Source: a virus. Taken from it: a stretch of DNA of 64,000 nucleotides. The position numbers and the translations under genes were made by a program. Position 1 is the first letter of the stretch; each line of letters starts with the position of its first letter. Location: the IMG/VR virus record IMGVR_UViG_3300031553_000001, positions 13,755 to 77,754 of that record; one strand, given 5' to 3'. Positions 18,698 through 25,237 of the stretch are shown here, one piece after another. The notes under the pieces were generated by a model. The model was not told the origin of the DNA. It ran no database searches and saw only the letters and a program-made list of their open reading frames with translations.

Positions 18698-19945
18698 TTA
18701 TAGTTTAACAACTGGATGCCTCACTGTATTGTCAAACTCAGGACGCTCTAGCCTGGAAAATGATCCAGTATACTCCGCCCCTTGCTCTAGTAAACTTGAG
18801 AAGCCATTAGCCAACAGGATACGTCTTATCCCATCGTAATCCGCTTCATTCCACTGGGCATCTAGTATACTGTAATGCGCACCGCATCTATCTATTGATA
18901 AGTCCATACAATTATATGCGTCACAATATCTCTCTGATCCAAAGCTCAACAGGCTTTCCAGCTGACGTTTATTCAATATTCCAAAATTATCAATATCCAA
19001 GCATAGTTCGTCATAGTCATAGGATGGACTGACATTGATCCAAAAGTTGACCAGTTTGATAGCCGTCTTCTTGCCTATCCAACGCACGCCAGGGATGCCA
19101 TCCGACGAATCTCCAAACAGCACTTTGTATGGCAAATATGCCCCCCAATTTAAGCCCGTAAACCTCCTGAACGTATCTGCAGAGAATACCTTACCAGTAC
19201 TGGGGTTGATTACACACACGCGCAGGTCTACTGCTTGTAACAAATCCGCATCCGTGGTAACGATATATGGCCTGTCTTGAACCATCTTGGCAGCGTGATA
19301 CATCAAATCATCTGCCTCACAGTACTTGCGCCTTATTGTCAATATACCATGGATGGGTAGAATCATATCACACAGCTCATCCATTTGCCCGTATACGGTG
19401 CCCCAATCTACGGATTCGTCTTTAGTGCGGTGTGCTTTGTACGTTGGCACTAGCCGCTTGCGATATGGTGGAGTGCCCCCATCAAAACATACTATCACAG
19501 ACCTGGGATGCCACTTCTTTATCATTGTGTAGATCATTCTCATCACGCCAAAGAGTATGGATGTGTCTTTGCCGTGATGGGATAGCTGAACCGTATGTAG
19601 TGCTCTGTACGCTGTGTTGTTACCGTCTATTATCAATACCACCGCCCACCTCATCATCCCTGAATGTAACTCACGTATAAACTCACTATTGTTAATACAC
19701 ACACCAACAGAGTCAAAGGAAAACCTGACGATGATGTTACTATACAGTGTTTTGGAAATGTCTATGGCAACCTTTTCCGGATAGCTACCTAGCCCAACAC
19801 CAATTTCTCTGGCCAATCTCAGATTTTGACGTTTACGTGCTGCCTTGGCTCCTGGAAAGTAGAATTCATGCGCATATTGGTTTGCATTTATTGCATCTTT
19901 GATGTTTTTGACGTACTCAGCTGCCGATACATTATTCAGATCCAT
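18698..19945 (-). CDS. 5'-3' exonuclease / flap endonuclease (PolI N-terminal or T4 RNase H type) with an ~100-aa N-terminal extension or fused ORF
   Basis: LIIDGNN, CFDGG, YKAHR, EADD, TTDADLLQ, GDSSDGIPGV-x2-IGKKTA. Confidence 0.9.
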   Translation of the reverse strand: MDLNNVSAAEYVKNIKDAINANQYAHEFYFPGAKAARKRQNLRLAREIGVGLGSYPEKVAIDISKTLYSNIIVRFSFDSVGVCINNSEFIRELHSGMMRWAVVLIIDGNNTAYRALHTVQLSHHGKDTSILFGVMRMIYTMIKKWHPRSVIVCFDGGTPPYRKRLVPTYKAHRTKDESVDWGTVYGQMDELCDMILPIHGILTIRRKYCEADDLMYHAAKMVQDRPYIVTTDADLLQAVDLRVCVINPSTGKVFSADTFRRFTGLNWGAYLPYKVLFGDSSDGIPGVRWIGKKTAIKLVNFWINVSPSYDYDELCLDIDNFGILNKRQLESLLSFGSERYCDAYNCMDLSIDRCGAHYSILDAQWNEADYDGIRRILLANGFSSLLEQGAEYTGSFSRLERPEFDNTVRHPVVKL

Positions 19946-22030
19946 ATATTTTGTCTCTTAACATACGTTCATATTGCCGTTCCAAGTCATCCTCTACATT
20001 GCCACGAAAGTTGGCATACAAAACCATCACCAACACGATGCTGCCAAGGATTAGAGGCACGGCGCACACTACTGCCAGAGATGATGGGCCATCGCCACCA
20101 GCTGATTTGGCACTCAGATCTTGGGTGACCTGCGAACCAACTCCAGCAATCAAGCCGACAACGATGGCCGCCAAGAAGAAAGCTATCAACAACAGTTTCA
20201 ATTCAGAAGTCATCTCAAAACTCCTTTCTGCACCCTATTTACCCTGCTTGTCCATCAATTTTGGTTTTGGCGTCAACCAAACTTCGGCCGTTGCCGTCAT
20301 CCCCGCTTTCCGAGTGACTACCATCACCGCTGTCCAACGTGCCTGTCGTGTTTGCGCTTCCACCTGTCGTGTCCTCTTGACCGCTCGACTTGTTGCATTT
20401 CTGCGTACCGCATTTACCGTCGAGGCACTCGCATCTAACTCCGTACGCACCTCCTGCCAGATGACACTACCCACTCGAAGTAGCCAAAAGAGAACCACCG
20501 CAAGTAGTACACAACCCGCAAAAGTCACCCAACGTTTGATGCTTTTCAGGTCTCGATCTCGATCTTCAGTCACGTCAAACCTCCTCTACACTAACGTCTA
20601 GTAACCCAGCTCCAAACACTTCTTAGTTGCCACCTCTCGATACACGCCATCAACCATGTCAGCGCACTCTTCATACGTACCTATGTCCTGTTCAACGCAA
20701 ACATAGATGGCCGCTGCCGCGTCTGGCCCCTGGTAGAGAACCTCCATGGCCGCTCGCACACAAGCATCCATGTTCTTGTCCGTTGCCGAACCAGAACCAA
20801 CGCCAAAATCCAAATCGGGTGTAGGCCCACTAGTTGGCAAGACCCAAGGAGTAGCGGTGCGGTTGACTTTATGGACTGATGTCAGGAGTACCCTCTTCGT
20901 CGCTGTCTTTTCAGCATAACTGTCTCCACCATCCCGCCCAACTGACGCACAGCACACTAATAGAAGAAACAATGCTAATGAAACTGCCCCGATCAGAACC
21001 TTCATCTTGCTACTCACAACAAACCTCCTAGGTAGTTGAGCCCACTAAGCACACTGCAACCGCCCAGCAGCACGAAAAGGATGAGTGAGATAAGCATCAC
21101 GGTGCCCATGAACGACACCCACCCACGAATACAATGCACCTGTTTGTACAGGTCCTTCAGTTGCTCCAACTGCCCGTGTATACTCGCAACCTCGTCCAGC
21201 AGAAGCTGTTCCGTTGTCAATAGTGGCTTCTCTTCATCTGCCTCGGCCGCCTTCATTACATACTCTGCCATCTTGTTACTCATTGCCATACCTCCTATAG
21301 AAACGAACAACACACTAATAGAAGAAACAATGCTAATGAAACTGCCCCGATCAGAACCTTCGTCTTGCTTTTCACCTCAAAACCCTCCGTCCCCATAGCT
21401 CCAGAATTCCAAAGGGAATAGCTGCCAACAAACCTACCACTATCCCTAGCCAAGGAAAATCATCAAACCCGCTGATTAGCCCACCAAGTAGGGCAAGCAC
21501 TATACTGATTATCAAAGCCAAACTGACTGCCCCACTACTCATTACATCCCTTCCCGCACGTCTGACCGTGCCTTGATAATGCAAACCACGCCCACGCCGA
21601 TGATTATCAATATCACTACTGGCAGAAAGATAACCTCAAACATCTCAACCTCCAAAATTCGTGGATGCGTAAATCCAAATCCAAATAGCCGCTGCGATTA
21701 TCAAGGCCAAAATACCTAGAAATGAGTTATCCCGTCGTGGCTCAAGTGGCGGCAAAAACGGATACATATCACCCAAATCGCGCCTTCCCATATTGTCAAC
21801 CTCCAATTACGCTCAACAGCCTTGGATTATCAATACAAGCATCAACACTAATCCTATTCCAAACAGTACAGGCAATCCTATCTCACAAAAGGCTCTTTTC
21901 ATAATCAACCTCCATATACACCTAGACATAAGAACACCAGTATGAAAACCGCTACCGCACAACCTACCGCCAAAGCCAAACCGCCAGAACTATCCACATC
22001 CAACCCACGCAGATTGTCAATCCAGTTCAT
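19932..22030 (-). CDS. Cluster of about ten small membrane or lipoprotein ORFs (19932..20213, 20235..20573, 20598..21017, 21014..21313, 21295..21375, 21372..21542, 21542..21643, 21645..21791, 21813..21902, 21905..22030)
   Basis: Each has one or two hydrophobic helices and most have a GGAGG-type RBS; several are below the track cutoff and were translated by hand. Confidence 0.65.
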
Positions 22031-22032
22031 AT

Positions 22033-22266
22033 TCAATTCCACCCACCCACATGGCTTACGTCAGTGAACGCATCAGCCAAGCGCTTCTTCTGCCCAACAT
22101 CACGCTGCAAAAATTTGCGGTTGTTGGCTTCACATTCTGCACACAATCGTATCCAAACCGTCTTGATTTTCTCATGTCCAGAATCCATATCAATTACATT
22201 GACCTGGATTGATAGTGCATATTGCGCTTCTTCTCCACACACATCACATTTCATTGTTGACCTCAC
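22033..22266 (-). CDS. Small Zn-finger protein (CDVC...CAEC); likely start ATG at 22254
   Basis: Two CxxC pairs. Confidence 0.55.
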   Translation of the reverse strand: MRSTMKCDVCGEEAQYALSIQVNVIDMDSGHEKIKTVWIRLCAECEANNRKFLQRDVGQKKRLADAFTDVSHVGGWN

Positions 22267-22507
22267 AAAGCCGTGCCCTGCCGTGCCATTACTCTACGTC
22301 ATCAGGCTACGCTATTACTGTGCACATCCCCACGTTGCTCCACCATTGCATTACCTGTCGCAACCGTATGCCGCTTTGCCATCACATAACCCTATACCAC
22401 TGTGCCATTGCTCTGCGTCGCAAATCGTGACCCTGCCATCGTTGTGCGTCACGCTGTCCAACTATACTTCACCACTGCTATACATCACCTGGCGTGACAA
22501 AGCCATC
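22260..22507 (-). repeat. Non-coding 5-nt-periodic array of eight units, each RRTRGY plus (NNN-GY) x 4-6; candidate guide RNA array
   Basis: Unit lengths 31,36,31,26,36,31,26,31; 32 of 40 pentamers end in GY; starts at the stop codon of the Cas7-like gene. Confidence 0.85.
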
Positions 22508-23129
22508 ACTCTTCTTTTGTCATCTCATATATGATCCTCCCAAAACCGCTGCCTCGATTCTGGAGCAGCCCTTGGTAATATCCATAATCAAATAGATTTC
22601 TCAAAACCTCCTCCGTGATTGGCCCAGGATATACACTGATTCCACATTCAAACCAGGAGTTTTCTGGAATTGACTCACTTCTAGCCAACACCATACGTTG
22701 ACCAAACGCTGTTTGCGCAGGAAGTGGACGTTCATATATGTCAATTGTCCCACCGTCGGGTAAATGTAGCGGAATCCACCTTGGTGACACAAAGACCAAC
22801 TTGGATACCTTGCTTCTCAAAGCCCGTAGTGGCTTGCCAGTTGGCATTTTCAATTGTCCATTCAATACCACACCAGCAGCCTTGAGGAAGCCCTTGACGT
22901 GATAGTCAAACAGACCTATTTCAAACTCTCCACCATCTGATAGGTAATGACGATGGAACACCGTGGTGGCCTGCTCCAGAGCATCGGGGAGACTCTCTAT
23001 CTCATCCTCTGGAATGGCAAAGTTGTGCTTCTTGGCTATGTATTGGGTAGCCACATCTCTGGTTGACTGTGATCCCAAGCATGGCGTTATGAACGTCACC
23101 TTTGCCTTATAGGTAGCTATGTGTACCAT
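22506..23129 (-). CDS. Stand-alone Cas7/RAMP-superfamily-like protein
   Basis: N-terminal strand KVTFITPCLG, helix YHVKGFLKAA, VFVSP, thumb ERPL-x-AQT-x2-GQR-x2-LARSE, C-terminal G-rich loop DYG-x3-GLLQNRGSGFGR; no other cas gene in the window. Confidence 0.72.
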   Translation of the reverse strand: MVHIATYKAKVTFITPCLGSQSTRDVATQYIAKKHNFAIPEDEIESLPDALEQATTVFHRHYLSDGGEFEIGLFDYHVKGFLKAAGVVLNGQLKMPTGKPLRALRSKVSKLVFVSPRWIPLHLPDGGTIDIYERPLPAQTAFGQRMVLARSESIPENSWFECGISVYPGPITEEVLRNLFDYGYYQGLLQNRGSGFGRIIYEMTKEE

Positions 23130-23157
23130 CTATATCCTCCATTAGATTGTCAATCCG

Positions 23158-23174
23158 CTACTATAGTAAACTTG
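23158..23174 (-). promoter_or_regulatory. Promoter-like motif copy 2, upstream of the Cas7-like gene
   Basis: CAAGTTTACTATAGTAG, then ATTGACAAT, then GGAGG and ATG. Confidence 0.7.
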
Positions 23175-23697
23175 CTGCCAAAGCAATATGGCCACGCCAC
23201 TCTTTTTCCAGGTTTGGCCTACGCAAGACATAGGCTGGATGCCAAGTGGCCGCGTATATTGTCCCATCAAACTCATATTCCCACAGCGTTCCAGCCCACT
23301 TAGCTTCATTTCCCAAAACTGCCACAAAAGCCGTCTTACCCAACAGCAATACCATTTCTGGATCCAATCGCTCGATGTCCCTGCGCAGGAATGTGGCACA
23401 TAGCCTAGCCGCTTTGGCAGGCAACTTATTGTCAATTGGATGACACCTCACCACATTGATGTAGGCCGCCATCTCATCTATTCCCAAATCACCTAACGCA
23501 CTGACTAGCAGTTCGCCAGATCTGCCTATCGGCTTGAAGGTTGGACCAACCTTCTCCACATCTCTTCAAGGTGCTTCTTGGACCACTAGGATGCGCGGAT
23601 TGGGATTGCCTATCACGCCCTGGAATGGATGCGCTTTGTCCCGAAACAGGCCACACTCTTGACATATTGGATTGTCAATGCCTGGTTGATCGGCCAC
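23161..23697 (-). pseudogene. Family-4-like uracil-DNA glycosylase interrupted by one in-frame TGA (23568-23566)
   Basis: GTG start with GGAG RBS gives CQECGL...ILVVQEAP*RD...GRSGELL...NVVRCHP...LLLGKTA...TWHPAYVLR. Confidence 0.8.
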
Positions 23698-23698
23698 T

Positions 23699-24586
23699 TT
23701 ATGCTCCAATATTCCAAAATACCACTGGCTGCTCAAGATGCTCTATATTGTCAATCAACCACAGCCACGCCTTGGCATCATAATACTCATTACATGGAAA
23801 CGGAATATCCGCATTGTCTACTCCGTCTTTGTAGGCATAATTTTCATCTATGAATCGCAAATTGTCGCCTGGAATCACACCAGCCATCTGAGTGATATAT
23901 TTTCTGGCTGCATCTTTGCTTCTGCTATAACCCATATGAGCTAGGATAACCGCTGATTGTTCCCAAGCATTATACAAGCCGCGCACTACACCAGCGCATA
24001 TAGTACCTGAGCTAATAGACACTACCCAAGTACCCTTAGCGTATATATCATCCGGTGTATACGTTCGTGCTTCCATTGCAGTAGCTACTACTGTCTCTTG
24101 CAAACATAACCCATTAGGCATCATCACCCCACGGTCATCAGTCATTTGAGCCAAGACCTTTTTGGCTTGATGATACAAGACACAACTACGTCCTGCCTGC
24201 AATGGAACGATTTGAGCACCTAGATTAGCTGCAACCTGCTGATGCATGCGTATTTTATGGTCAGGAAACCAACCATCGCTAGGCGTGCCTGGCTCCAAAT
24301 ACTCATCCTTGTATACCGGATAGAATACGATGCACTTCAGACCTAGATGATGACACAGATATGCTACTCCTCTGCCAGCTTTGGAGTGATACGTATCCAA
24401 TACACCCATAGTTGTATCATGATTGAATTTTGTCAAATATGATACAACTCCACGAATCTTGGAGAAGTGTGGGCCACTTGGATCAGGACAACACAAATCC
24501 TCGCGCTTAACCCAAACAGGCCAAGTGTCGTCAATATCATACTGTTCCCAAGGCGTATTGTCAATCAACAGACTGTTAGTGTCCAT
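23699..24586 (-). CDS. PLP-dependent enzyme (fold type II); probable hypermodification decarboxylase
   Basis: VWVKRED...FSKIRG, SISSGTICAG, PFPCNEYYDAKAW; clustered with the rSAM and amino acid:DNA transferase genes. Confidence 0.75.
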   Translation of the reverse strand: MDTNSLLIDNTPWEQYDIDDTWPVWVKREDLCCPDPSGPHFSKIRGVVSYLTKFNHDTTMGVLDTYHSKAGRGVAYLCHHLGLKCIVFYPVYKDEYLEPGTPSDGWFPDHKIRMHQQVAANLGAQIVPLQAGRSCVLYHQAKKVLAQMTDDRGVMMPNGLCLQETVVATAMEARTYTPDDIYAKGTWVVSISSGTICAGVVRGLYNAWEQSAVILAHMGYSRSKDAARKYITQMAGVIPGDNLRFIDENYAYKDGVDNADIPFPCNEYYDAKAWLWLIDNIEHLEQPVVFWNIGA

Positions 24587-24740
24587 TCATCTCCCTGCGT
24601 AACTGCTCTTGAGCCAGGATGGCAGCCATCCTGGTTTCTAATGCCCGTTCCTTGAGATATTCGGCACGCCTATTCAGGGCATCAATTTCAGCACGCTTTA
24701 TTCGCTTCCATGTAGCCAAATCAACTTGAGTTATAGTCAT
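24576..24740 (-). CDS. Small helical hypothetical protein (MTITQVD...)
   Basis: AGGAGAGGT RBS; overlaps the PLP gene start. Confidence 0.5.
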   Translation of the reverse strand: MTITQVDLATWKRIKRAEIDALNRRAEYLKERALETRMAAILAQEQLRREMNGH

Positions 24741-24758
24741 GACACCTCTCCTTGTTGT

Positions 24759-24931
24759 GATGGGATGGCACATCCTTTACAGGTATGAATTAAGACGTTA
24801 CTACCTTACGGCACGTCACCAACTTAGACTCAACGTCACTGATATGCCAATACTCTCTACCATCCCTGTCGGGACTGGACGGGTATTGGATTACAGTCCT
24901 TGGCCTGTCACAGTCTCAGCGCCTTCCCATC
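24759..24931 (-). ncRNA. Candidate structured small RNA containing a second 5-nt-periodic tract
   Basis: Starts at promoter motif copy 3; the ends pair (GATGGGAAGGC / GCCATCCCATC); 7 of 8 consecutive pentamers at 24801-24840 carry NGT. Confidence 0.55.
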
Positions 24932-24947
24932 TACTATAGTAAATTTG
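24931..24947 (-). promoter_or_regulatory. Promoter-like motif copy 3 (CAAATTTACTATAGTAG)
   Basis: One mismatch to the consensus. Confidence 0.65.
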
Positions 24948-24955
24948 TTCACGAA

Positions 24956-25029
24956 TGGACTCAGCTGGAATCGAACCAACAACCTGCCGCTTATAAGACG
25001 GCTACTCTATACCATTGAGCTATGAGTCC
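24956..25029 (-). tRNA. trnI: tRNA-Ile, anticodon TAT, CCA not encoded
   Basis: Acceptor GGACTCA/TGAGTCC, D arm GCTC/GAGT, anticodon arm GCCGT-CTTATAA-GCGGC, T arm GTTGG-TTCGATT-CCAGC. Confidence 0.92.
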
Positions 25030-25237
25030 TAACCACATCCACCATCCATAGAATTCCTCGCCAGTACGTTTATCACTAGTATACCAAGATATACCCCAAC
25101 ACCCATTGCAACGACAACGATGGTTCCCATACATACATAACTCAAGGTAATATCTGGAAGCATATTGTCAATCTCCCTCAAATTGTCGTAGTAAGGCTTT
25201 ATACCACTTCAATTGTACACCACAATCCACACAATGA

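Noticed and set aside
22260-22507. Canonical CRISPR array next to the Cas7-like gene
   Set aside because: No repeated 23-47 bp direct repeat; conservation is limited to a hexamer and a GY every five bases
22064-22534. Plus-strand 156-aa ORF (and 22209..22430) over the periodic array
   Set aside because: Opposite to all genes, no RBS; its His/Cys/Pro/Leu bias is the expected translation of the pentamer pattern
1324-23568. Genome-wide TGA recoding (Trp/Gly) or selenocysteine, suggested by two in-frame TGAs (1326-1324 and 23568-23566)
   Set aside because: TGA is a true stop in many genes with ATGA overlaps (368, 11140, 28877, 30037, 33184), there is no suppressor tRNA, and neither site is a Cys position
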